Shown here: piece after piece, positions 47,666 to 57,140 of the stretch
Numbering within the stretch: position 1 is the first letter of the stretch
Layout of the letters: each line of letters starts with the position of its first letter
Virus record (IMG/VR): IMGVR_UViG_3300043436_002834
Span: 1-64,000 of that record
Origin: a virus
DNA length: 64,000 bases
Reading direction: 5' to 3' (one strand)
Position numbers and translations under genes: made by a program
The notes under the pieces: generated by a model
The model's input: only the letters and a program-made list of their open reading frames with translations
Database searches by the model: none
What the model was told of the DNA's origin: nothing

Positions 47666-49384
47666 ATGAGCGGATTTAAAATTTTTGATGGTACAAACTG
47701 GGTTGATCCTTGTAATTGCAATATTAGCATCTTAGATGTTGATGGTGTAACTTATAAGTTAATTAATCCGCATAACTGTATTGTTAGTTATTTTGACGGA
47801 ACTAATTGGTGTCCGATAACTTGCCCTTGTGAATGTCCTTCTGGATATACATTTAATGCAAGCACCAATTCATGTGAAGCTGTAGAAATAAGTCCTGCAA
47901 CACCATCAGGCGGAACAACTGCTCCTGTAGTTGCAGGTAATACAAATACAGGTTATTCTGAATTTGGAGCCAGGCTTTATGAAAACATTACAGGTTCTGT
48001 ATATCCTCTTAATGGTTGGCAAAATACAACAATTTGCACTACCTGTTCTACAGGTTACCAAGTTCTTGAAAACGCAGGTACTGGATCTGCATTAGCCATT
48101 CAGCAACTTTCTGCAGTAGATAGCGATATCTTTAATTCACAAGGAACTACAACTTTAGGAAGACTTAATAATACAGGTCTGTGGGCTACAGGATTTCCTA
48201 ATAATCAATGGTTAAATGTAGAATTTTGCATAAACATTGCAGAAACTAAAACATATATATTTGCATTAGCTGGCGATAACCAAGTTAAAGCTGATATTAC
48301 ATCAACTACTTTTAATGGAGGTGGAACATTTAACTTAGTAAATTTATGGGCATCAGACAGTCCAACAGGATTGCCTGCAAGTATAACAACTATGCCACAT
48401 AAGTTATGGCACATGTTTCCTATTACATTGCCTGCGGGATCTCATACATTAAAATTATCAGGATATAACTTTGCTGCAGATAAAGCATTTGGTGCAGAAA
48501 TATATGATATTTCTGAATTAGACATGACTGGTTTGATGACATCATCTACAGCAACAGTTGGTGATCTACAACCTTATATTTTATTTTCAACAGAAAGTTT
48601 AATTACAAGTCCTCCTTTGCTTATTCCGATGCCGGGACAAACAATTACATGGTCTTGTCCTTCAGGTAGCACATACAGTCTTTGTTATGGTGCACCATCT
48701 TGCATTACGGTTGATTCTATTCCATGTGGTAATCAACAACCTTTAACTATCAATACCGAAGTTAATATTTGGTTTGATAATTCAGGATCAATGAATACTA
48801 CAAGATTGGGTCTTGAATTAATGCAAGCACAAGAACTTAAAACTGCGTTGCTTCCTATTTTTAATTATGATGAAACCTTGTACAATAAAAGAGTAAAACT
48901 CTTTGATATGAATGGTTCATCATGGAATTATAATCAGAGATTTATTAAATGTTTGGCAGAAGAAAGAAATTTTCAAAGAACTCCAGACACAGATGTAAAT
49001 CAAGTAATCAATCTTGTTTTTACAGATAGATCCGTTATCTATGGTTATGGTTCTACTGAAGAATTTGATAACACTGCTAGAGAAGAGCAATATGACTTAG
49101 ATGTAGATGATTTAAGAAATGTTATGGCTACTGCAGGTTATGATATTAAAGGAACCGTGTTTAGAATAAATAGTGATCAAAATAGTTATGTTGGGTTTAG
49201 AACATTAGTTCAATCTACTTTTGTAAACAATCAAGCATATACTAAACCTTATAATTTAAATGATTTTTATTCATTAAACTTTAACTGTAATTTAGATACT
49301 ATGGCTGCAGATAAATCATCCTATTATAAGGATCAGGTTGTTGCTGCATTAAGAGCTTTAGATATTGTTGTGCCAGTTGTATAA
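47666..49384 (+). CDS. Putative adhesin with EGF-like Cys motifs and C-terminal vWA-like domain
   Basis: CECPSGY...SC; FDNSGSM (DxSxS MIDAS-like); likely ATG 47666. Confidence 0.6.
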   Translation: MSGFKIFDGTNWVDPCNCNISILDVDGVTYKLINPHNCIVSYFDGTNWCPITCPCECPSGYTFNASTNSCEAVEISPATPSGGTTAPVVAGNTNTGYSEFGARLYENITGSVYPLNGWQNTTICTTCSTGYQVLENAGTGSALAIQQLSAVDSDIFNSQGTTTLGRLNNTGLWATGFPNNQWLNVEFCINIAETKTYIFALAGDNQVKADITSTTFNGGGTFNLVNLWASDSPTGLPASITTMPHKLWHMFPITLPAGSHTLKLSGYNFAADKAFGAEIYDISELDMTGLMTSSTATVGDLQPYILFSTESLITSPPLLIPMPGQTITWSCPSGSTYSLCYGAPSCITVDSIPCGNQQPLTINTEVNIWFDNSGSMNTTRLGLELMQAQELKTALLPIFNYDETLYNKRVKLFDMNGSSWNYNQRFIKCLAEERNFQRTPDTDVNQVINLVFTDRSVIYGYGSTEEFDNTAREEQYDLDVDDLRNVMATAGYDIKGTVFRINSDQNSYVGFRTLVQSTFVNNQAYTKPYNLNDFYSLNFNCNLDTMAADKSSYYKDQVVAALRALDIVVPVV

Positions 49385-49394
49385 AAAATAAGAT

Positions 49395-49895
49395 ATGAGT
49401 TGTAGTTGTAAAGGCGCATGTGAATGCAGTAGTCATGAAGTTAAACTAAGAGGTCCTCGTGGATTTAAAGGAGACAAAGGGGAACCTGGTGTAGCCGGTC
49501 CTCAAGGAATTCAAGGTCTTGTAGGTCCCGTTGGACCCCAAGGACCTGTTGGTCCTCAAGGGCCTTCAGGAATGACAACTAACCAACTTGCTGTAAAAAT
49601 TACACATGTTGGCGGACAACTGAAAGCTAATGTATATGGAGGAATTGGTACCGTTACTTATGCATGGGAAATGGCTGATGTATTGGTAATGAATAATGCA
49701 TATCATTACTTTCAGTTTAATACTCCAATAAATATACAAACAGTTGGCGTTTCTTTAACTAACTTTACACCTGCGTTTAATGGTTGTAATGCAACTAACA
49801 ATGCGCAAATAGGAATGGCCAAGGTAACAGTAACAGATGCAACCGGCAGAAAAGCTATTGATACATTCTTACTTTTGAATGTGAATTGTGCTTAA
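49395..49895 (+). CDS. Cys-rich collagen fibre protein
   Basis: [11 protein letters not shown]...LRGPRG.KGDKG shared with 47167 ORF. Confidence 0.75.
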   Translation: MSCSCKGACECSSHEVKLRGPRGFKGDKGEPGVAGPQGIQGLVGPVGPQGPVGPQGPSGMTTNQLAVKITHVGGQLKANVYGGIGTVTYAWEMADVLVMNNAYHYFQFNTPINIQTVGVSLTNFTPAFNGCNATNNAQIGMAKVTVTDATGRKAIDTFLLLNVNCA

Positions 49896-49907
49896 TGCGA
49901 AAAAAAT

Positions 49908-49970
49908 GTCACAGAAGGTTGGTTTATGTGGCTGACTAGGATGAACCCCGGATAATACCGGGGTTTGTTT
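49908..49970 (+). ncRNA. Candidate 3'-UTR sRNA (hairpin plus terminator)
   Basis: gtcaca/tgtggc hairpin exposing GGTTGGTTT, then aaccccgg/ccggggtt terminator; complementary to several late 5' ends. Confidence 0.45.
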
Positions 49971-50012
49971 TATCAATTAATTTGTATTTTTGATTTATAA
50001 TTAGTATATTAT

Positions 50013-50504
50013 ATGAAGGTTGATTTAAATAAACCAAGGGTTACAGAGAAAAAAGGAAAAGTAATTAACTACAAGGAAGTTAGAGATTTTAACAAGCTGT
50101 ATCCTGAACATAATTTAAAGCAATCAGATATTATTAAAATCATGCGTGCATTTAATACTAATCTGGCTGATGAAACAATGAACAATATTTATGGAGTTGT
50201 ACTTCCAGAAAATATTGGAGCCATATTTATTAATAATGCAGGCAAAGCAAAAGGTAAATCAATTGACTATGCCAAATCAAAAGCGGCAGAAAAAATTGTT
50301 TACCATAAAAATTGGCATACGGATAACAATTTGATGAGGATTGTTTATATAAATAGAACAAGAAGGACATTAGTAAAAAATGCCAGCTTGTTTACATTTA
50401 ACCCTCTTCAGCAATTTAAAAGAAGAGCCAGCGCATATTTTAAAAAACATTGGTCTAGATGTTTAACCACAACATATAAACCAACAGTTGACATAAAACT
50501 ATAA
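50013..50504 (+). CDS. IHF-like basic DNA-binding protein
   Basis: GVVLPENIGAIFI...IDY.KSK...VYH.N.HTD; crAss synteny before tail genes. Confidence 0.6.
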   Translation: MKVDLNKPRVTEKKGKVINYKEVRDFNKLYPEHNLKQSDIIKIMRAFNTNLADETMNNIYGVVLPENIGAIFINNAGKAKGKSIDYAKSKAAEKIVYHKNWHTDNNLMRIVYINRTRRTLVKNASLFTFNPLQQFKRRASAYFKKHWSRCLTTTYKPTVDIKL

Positions 50505-50506
50505 AA

Positions 50507-51178
50507 ATGGTTACAATTAGAGAAAGTATTTCTAGAATAAGAAATGTATTCAAATTAGTTAATGAAGATGCTTTTTTAACCGATAGGTTCATTTATAGTC
50601 TTTTAATCAAACATGCTAAAACATTAATCAGAAGACAAGATGTAGAAAACAAGTTGATGCAATATGACAGTTTGTTTGAAACATTACCTTTTGTTGAACT
50701 GATTGAAGTAGATAAAATTGAAGCTGACTGCGCTAGAATTAAAACTGGCTGCAAGATAATGCGAACTAAAAAAAAGCTTCCTAAACTAATGACAGGCAGC
50801 AATGGACCAATTCTAAGAACAGTTGCTCCTATAGATGGAAGTGATGTATTCCAACAATGTTTAGCTGCCGTATATGTAGCTATGTCTCAATCTACAAATT
50901 TTAAATACAATAAGTGTCATTACTTCTGGTATAAAAACGGGTATTTGTATTTTCCAGATATTGTATGGGATGCAGTATCGGTAGAAGGAATGTTTGAAGA
51001 ACCTGTAGATGATTTTTGTAATGAGAATGATTCTGAATGCACATTAGCTCAAGATAGAGATTTAACAATTCCTGATTATCTATTTACTGAAATTGAACAA
51101 TTAACTCAACAAGAGTTAATGACATTAGGTAAAATTCCATCTGATACTGGAGATAATTCACAAAACATATTGAGATAA
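50507..51178 (+). CDS. Tail ring/tubular protein
   Basis: RTKKKLP...YFWYKNGYLYF...EGMFE.P; crAss synteny. Confidence 0.7.
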   Translation: MVTIRESISRIRNVFKLVNEDAFLTDRFIYSLLIKHAKTLIRRQDVENKLMQYDSLFETLPFVELIEVDKIEADCARIKTGCKIMRTKKKLPKLMTGSNGPILRTVAPIDGSDVFQQCLAAVYVAMSQSTNFKYNKCHYFWYKNGYLYFPDIVWDAVSVEGMFEEPVDDFCNENDSECTLAQDRDLTIPDYLFTEIEQLTQQELMTLGKIPSDTGDNSQNILR

Positions 51179-51179
51179 G

Positions 51180-52154
51180 ATGCAAAATACATTTTTGAAT
51201 TATAGAACTTATGATCAGTTATTGGCGGAGATCCAATCTGATTTTAAAAAATACTATCTTGAAGATTTTATTAATCCTCAAGAGTTTATTAAAGTAGCTA
51301 AGCGTTGCAACTATGAATTAGGTCTTAGAATATTTAAGACTAAAGAAATTGTTCTTGATATAGAAAAGGGTAGAGCTAAACTGCCTAATAACTTTCAAGT
51401 ATTAAACTTTGCTTTTATTCTTGCTGATCATTATACAGTTGAACCATTAATATCAGGAACTCATGTTGAAAATGTAAACTTAGGTCCTGTATACAATCCT
51501 GGTAACTGGAATGATGTAGATCTTTGTTCTCCTGCTACTGTTCCTCATCAACCTGAAAACAAACCGTGTAATGTACCTCATCCACATTCTTGTGGTAGTT
51601 GTGGTTCTAAGTTTGAATCATGTACATGCAAACCCGTTGGCGATGTTAAACTAGATTGCAAAGGAAACTTTATGGTGCTTACACAACACTTTAAGTATCA
51701 TACAAGAAGATGGAAGACTATGCATTCTTTAAGAATAATTAATAGTCCTGATGTAGTTGATGCTGATTGTCCAAACAAAACTTGGCAGTCTGCAAATACA
51801 GCTTATATTAAAAATGGTTTTATCTATCCATCATTTAAAACAGGTAAACTATACATCAACTATCAATCAATGATGGAAGATGAAGATGGCAACATCTTAG
51901 TTCCCGATCATGATATGCTAAATGAGTTCTACGAATATGCTATTAAGCAAAGAGTTCTAGAAAACATGATTATGAATGGAGAAGCTGTTAATGGTAATCA
52001 AATTCAAATTATTGAACAACGCCTTAGAGCTGCTAGAAACAATGCATTTAGTTTGGTAAATACTCCAAACTTTAGTGAATTAAGAAGAATTTGGGAAGTT
52101 AACCGTAAAGCTCAATACCACAACTTCTACAATATGTTCTTATCTTATAGATAA
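51180..52154 (+). CDS. Tail tubular protein
   Basis: GRAKLP...YIKNGFI..SF.TG...INY....DEDG...VPD. Confidence 0.75.
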   Translation: MQNTFLNYRTYDQLLAEIQSDFKKYYLEDFINPQEFIKVAKRCNYELGLRIFKTKEIVLDIEKGRAKLPNNFQVLNFAFILADHYTVEPLISGTHVENVNLGPVYNPGNWNDVDLCSPATVPHQPENKPCNVPHPHSCGSCGSKFESCTCKPVGDVKLDCKGNFMVLTQHFKYHTRRWKTMHSLRIINSPDVVDADCPNKTWQSANTAYIKNGFIYPSFKTGKLYINYQSMMEDEDGNILVPDHDMLNEFYEYAIKQRVLENMIMNGEAVNGNQIQIIEQRLRAARNNAFSLVNTPNFSELRRIWEVNRKAQYHNFYNMFLSYR

Positions 52155-52159
52155 TAGTT

Positions 52160-55100
52160 ATGGCAAAGAAATCACCAGCAGGAGGCAATACATTTAAGTC
52201 TCGTGGAACTTTTGATAAGTCACTTGTAACTGATACAAGTGATTTTCATTTACCGGAGAATTCATGGACATATGCAAGAAATGCTATTAACAATACAAGA
52301 AAAGGAGATTTAGGTAAACTTAGTACTGAGCCGGCTAATGCTTTATGTACTTTTGCACCCTACACAATTATTGGAGCAATTCATATTGAACAAGATCAAT
52401 GGTTGTTGTTTTCTACTAATAATACAGATTCTGAAATTGGTATTTTTAAAGAAGGTAGTTGCTCCTACAGCACAGTTGTAAATGATCCTTGTCTTAATTT
52501 TAATACAGATAATCTTATTAAGGGGATTATAAGACCAACATTTAATTGTTCTTTTAATGCTTACTGGGATGACGGCAGAAATGTTTCAAGAGTACTGGAT
52601 ATTAAAAATGTTCCATGGAAACAAGTATGTACAACCACAAATGGCTGCACTACATGCGTTGACACAACAGATCTTGATTGTGATAAGATAAGACTTGAGT
52701 CTTTCATAGAAACACCTTGTATTCAAATAAAAAAAGGTAAAGGTATTGGTAGCATACTTAATGGCACTTACCAAGCGCAGATTGCTTATTTAGTAGATCA
52801 GCAACGAGTAACTGACTACTTTATCCCTTCTAATGCATTAACTTTATTTGATCATACAAATGTTAATAGCTCAATAGAATTAAATCTTAGCAACCTAGAT
52901 ACAAACTTTGAAGATTATGAGTTGGTATTGATATCTACAATTAATGAAAAGACTGTAGCTAGAAAGATGGGTATTTATAGTACCCGTCAAACTCAAATAT
53001 CTTTTGATTACATTGATATTACTTTACCGGTAGTTCCTTTAGCAGATCTTACTATTATTACTCCGGTTCCAGATAAATCAGAAGCCATGTTTACTGTAGG
53101 AAGCTATGCATTGCGTGTAGGTCCTACAACTAAATTTGACTTTAATTACCAACCACTTGCTAATCAGATTTCAACTCTTTGGCAGTGTGTAGAATACAAA
53201 AAAGAGTATTATAAAAATGGGGGAACTAACATTGGATATATGCGAGATGAGGTCTACTCATTTTTTATCCGATGGGTGTATAACACTGGAGACAAATCTA
53301 AAAGTTACCACATTCCAGGAAGAGCAGCTGAACAATTTTATTTGACAAATGATGCGGGAGCTAATGCAGGTTTAATATCTGAAACAGCAATTTGTCCTGC
53401 AACAGTCAATGACATAGAAAGTCCTGACTATACTCCTAAAGTATTTGAAGTTTACAATACAGCTACTATATCATCTACACCAAATACAGTATTGGCTGAT
53501 GGCGGGGTTTTAGTGGCAGAAGGTAAAATGGGTTATTGGGAATCTGTTGAGAACTATGATGACAATAATCCTATTGTTTGGAACTCAAATGTACCTGGTC
53601 ATCCAGAATGGAATCTTTGCGGGCAGCCTATTAGACATCATAAATTTCCAGAGAATACTATTATTTCCGGGGGAGCCATAGATACTATTACCAATCACTA
53701 TGTTGATGGTGGTGAAAAAATTAGAATCATGGGTGTTGCTTTTGATAATATTCAGCCTCCTGTAGATAATAATGGCAACCCAATTACTAATATTGTTGGG
53801 TATGAAATTCTAAGAGGAAATAGAACAGGTACTAAAAGTGTATTGTATAAAGGTATTATCAATAACATGTTTGAATATAATGCTCCTGATTTAATTACAG
53901 GCAAAACAGCATTGTATGCTAACTATCCATTTAATGATTTAAGACCGGATCCATTTATTTCTTCTAATGCTTTACCGACTAGTTATGAACCACTTCAAGG
54001 TGGTTTAATTAACTATACACCTAATGCAGATTATAGCAAGAAACATTTTACATTTCATTCACCAGATACAATGTTTGCAAGACCATTTTTGGTTGATGAT
54101 GAAGTAAAAGTATATGGTACCTCTTATGGCACATCTAATGGTTATTATATTGAACCTGATAATCATCCAAGACATAAATTTATAACTGATATTTCTTTTG
54201 CTACATCAATTATTGTGGGTGTAGGATTTGCCATTTCTAAAATGGTAGGTAGTAGAGATACTAAGTATGTAGGTTATCAAATAGACAGCGATCAAATATT
54301 TGCAGGAACATCTACATCACCGGGTAACGTAGTGCCTGCTGGTGCGGCTTTAACTGCAGCACAAGCTACCGCTCTAAACACATTAGGTATTCAAGGAATG
54401 ACAGATGCATTTACCGGTCAGAATACCGGTTTAGCTTCTGCTACAAGCGGTGCACAAAATGGCGCCATAGCTGCTTCTAAAGTTGCTGCGTCAATTCCTG
54501 CAACAGGTATAACATCAGGTTATGTTGAGATCTCACTTAAAGATCAAGATGCAACACCAGGTATTTTAAAGACGGCCTTGTTGGCTTTAGGAAACCCTAT
54601 GTTCCAATCATATTTAGCTGATGGTACAGATACAACTATTAAGTTAATTCAATCATTAGGATCTTGGAGACAGTATGCTGTGCAGTATCAGTCACTCTGT
54701 AGATATGAAAATTTTGCGGGTCCTGCAGCTAAAAATAGAAGAAGAAGAGTTAATGATGCAAGGTATTTAAATCCAGGTGTACAAGATTACTCAACTAACT
54801 TTATAGTAAATCACATTAACAGGAATGAAACTGTAATGTTTGATACTACTGTAGATATTGAGAATGTACCTTCTGCTTATGCTGATGTATCCCGTCCTCC
54901 GCGTATTTCTCAATTACCAGGAGGAGCTGAGTTTAATACAATTAACAGAAGAGCATCTTCTCACTATGTAGCTTTAAAAACAAGATTGCGTAACCAATAT
55001 GGTCAATTGCAATCTATCAGACAAGTGATGGTTTCTTCTTGTGTGACTCCAATAACATACACTAAGTCACCTACTTTATTTGGAGGAGACATTTATATTG

Positions 55101-57079
55101 GAAAGTATTCAGAAAAAAACACTTTATACTATTTCCAACAGTGGTTAAATGGACAACCAGATGGTGCTGTATTTAATTACAATAAACAAAAGATGTTTGA
55201 GTGGACTGCATTTTGGATGGATACTGATCCATTTGATTTGGCTGAGTTTATTCAAAGTATTCCTACAGCTCTACAGAATGCTATTACAGGAGGTACAGTA
55301 AACTCATTCTTGGCATCATTGGTTACACCAAGCGATAAACACTGCTTAGATAGATTAAATCCGCACAACGGACAAGCAAATGGTATATTCTTGTTAAAGA
55401 GAGCCTTTATGTATTTGTTTAATTCTGGCGTAAGAGATTTCTATGTAGAGTCAGAGTTTAATATTGATATGCGCGATTGGCAAGATAATGTAGCAAAAAA
55501 ACATTATCCAATTCTTGCAGATCTTAAAACAATGTTTGGAATGGATTTAATTAAAGCTGATAACTATTATCAAATAGATAGAAGCTTATCTCATTCATTT
55601 ATGGCAAGTCAAAAAATACCTTGGGGTATAATGCAAGAAAGAGATTATGATCCACAATTATCTGAAACTTGTTATACTAAGTTTCCTCGCAGATTACTAT
55701 ACTCATTACCTCAAGTTGCCGCTCAGCAAAATGTATCACTACTTAAAAAAGATAATTGGAGAGTATTCTTACCAAATAACTTTGCTGATTATGAAAGTGC
55801 AATTACAGCTATAAAACCAATTGATAAAACAGGAGCTCTTATTTTGTTTGAAAATCAAGCTCCTGGTTTTTTACCAGGTGTTGATGAACTACAAACTCAA
55901 GGTGGTGCCGCTGTTACTATTGGTGATGGTAAATTATTTGCAAGAAAACTTCAACAGTTATCTAACTCTGAAACATCTTATGAGTATGCTTCATGCCAAA
56001 GCAGATTGTCTGTATTAAATACCCCGGCAGGTGTCTTTTGGATGAATCTTAATCAGGGTAAGATATTTAATTATGCAGGCGGTCTCAAAGAGATTTCACT
56101 TAAAGGAAACCGCTTTTGGTTAAACAACTATTTACCATACAAATTACTTGAAGATTTTCCTACCTATTCGGTATTAGATAATCCTGTAGCTGGTATTGGT
56201 TGTCAGACAATTTATGATAATGAGTACAGTTTAGTTTATTTCTGTAAGAAGGATTATAAGCTAAAGAAAAATCTTCCTGTTACAGTAGAATATATTGGCG
56301 GATCTAAGTTTTTAATTAATGGCATATTTGTAGCTCAAACAGGAGATCCATTATACTTTGATGATTGCTCTTGGACATTAAGTTATGATCCTAAGATTGA
56401 AGAGTTTGTTTCATTCCATGACTGGCATCCAGATTTATCTTTAGGAGCAAAGAATACTTTCTTGACAACTAAGGATAATAGCATTTGGAATCATAACAAT
56501 ATCTGCAGCAAGTATTGTAATTACTATGGTAAGGATTATCCTTTTGAGGTTGAATTCCAATTAGATAATAAGTTTTCTGTAGCTACAATGCGCAATGTTG
56601 AATACTACATTGAATCATATATTTACAATCCAGAAAACTGCTATGACCGTTTTCATGTATTAGATTATGGATTTGATGAAGCAATTGTATATAACTCAGA
56701 GCAAGTATCCGGTCTTTTAAAACTTCACTTGAGTCCTAAGAATGATATTCCTTTGTTACTTACATTCCCTAAGATTCAGACTAATTACATTGATATTCTC
56801 TTTTCTAAAGAAGAGCAGCAATACAGATTTAATCAGTTCTGGGATGTTACAAACGACAGAGGTGAATATTCAAATGCGCAAGAAACTATATGGCAAACCG
56901 AAGATAATGGCTACATTAGAAACCTGAATCCAAATAACTTAAACTATAATAAGCAGGAGTTTCAAAGAAAAAAATTCCGCCATTATAATAACCGAGTTAT
57001 TTTAAGAAGAAGCAAAAATACTAATGTAGAAATCTTGGTAAGTTTAGCTGCAAGTAACCAGCAACTATCTCACCGATAA
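52160..57079 (+). CDS. Tail stabilization (muzzle) protein
   Basis: GYMRDEVYSF, IRHHKFP, FGGDIYI, WTLSY...SFHDW.P motifs. Confidence 0.85.
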   Translation: MAKKSPAGGNTFKSRGTFDKSLVTDTSDFHLPENSWTYARNAINNTRKGDLGKLSTEPANALCTFAPYTIIGAIHIEQDQWLLFSTNNTDSEIGIFKEGSCSYSTVVNDPCLNFNTDNLIKGIIRPTFNCSFNAYWDDGRNVSRVLDIKNVPWKQVCTTTNGCTTCVDTTDLDCDKIRLESFIETPCIQIKKGKGIGSILNGTYQAQIAYLVDQQRVTDYFIPSNALTLFDHTNVNSSIELNLSNLDTNFEDYELVLISTINEKTVARKMGIYSTRQTQISFDYIDITLPVVPLADLTIITPVPDKSEAMFTVGSYALRVGPTTKFDFNYQPLANQISTLWQCVEYKKEYYKNGGTNIGYMRDEVYSFFIRWVYNTGDKSKSYHIPGRAAEQFYLTNDAGANAGLISETAICPATVNDIESPDYTPKVFEVYNTATISSTPNTVLADGGVLVAEGKMGYWESVENYDDNNPIVWNSNVPGHPEWNLCGQPIRHHKFPENTIISGGAIDTITNHYVDGGEKIRIMGVAFDNIQPPVDNNGNPITNIVGYEILRGNRTGTKSVLYKGIINNMFEYNAPDLITGKTALYANYPFNDLRPDPFISSNALPTSYEPLQGGLINYTPNADYSKKHFTFHSPDTMFARPFLVDDEVKVYGTSYGTSNGYYIEPDNHPRHKFITDISFATSIIVGVGFAISKMVGSRDTKYVGYQIDSDQIFAGTSTSPGNVVPAGAALTAAQATALNTLGIQGMTDAFTGQNTGLASATSGAQNGAIAASKVAASIPATGITSGYVEISLKDQDATPGILKTALLALGNPMFQSYLADGTDTTIKLIQSLGSWRQYAVQYQSLCRYENFAGPAAKNRRRRVNDARYLNPGVQDYSTNFIVNHINRNETVMFDTTVDIENVPSAYADVSRPPRISQLPGGAEFNTINRRASSHYVALKTRLRNQYGQLQSIRQVMVSSCVTPITYTKSPTLFGGDIYIGKYSEKNTLYYFQQWLNGQPDGAVFNYNKQKMFEWTAFWMDTDPFDLAEFIQSIPTALQNAITGGTVNSFLASLVTPSDKHCLDRLNPHNGQANGIFLLKRAFMYLFNSGVRDFYVESEFNIDMRDWQDNVAKKHYPILADLKTMFGMDLIKADNYYQIDRSLSHSFMASQKIPWGIMQERDYDPQLSETCYTKFPRRLLYSLPQVAAQQNVSLLKKDNWRVFLPNNFADYESAITAIKPIDKTGALILFENQAPGFLPGVDELQTQGGAAVTIGDGKLFARKLQQLSNSETSYEYASCQSRLSVLNTPAGVFWMNLNQGKIFNYAGGLKEISLKGNRFWLNNYLPYKLLEDFPTYSVLDNPVAGIGCQTIYDNEYSLVYFCKKDYKLKKNLPVTVEYIGGSKFLINGIFVAQTGDPLYFDDCSWTLSYDPKIEEFVSFHDWHPDLSLGAKNTFLTTKDNSIWNHNNICSKYCNYYGKDYPFEVEFQLDNKFSVATMRNVEYYIESYIYNPENCYDRFHVLDYGFDEAIVYNSEQVSGLLKLHLSPKNDIPLLLTFPKIQTNYIDILFSKEEQQYRFNQFWDVTNDRGEYSNAQETIWQTEDNGYIRNLNPNNLNYNKQEFQRKKFRHYNNRVILRRSKNTNVEILVSLAASNQQLSHR

Positions 57080-57140
57080 ACATTTAATAGTTAAGATAAA
57101 TAAATTTTTTTTTGTATATTACAAGTATAACCAATATAAA

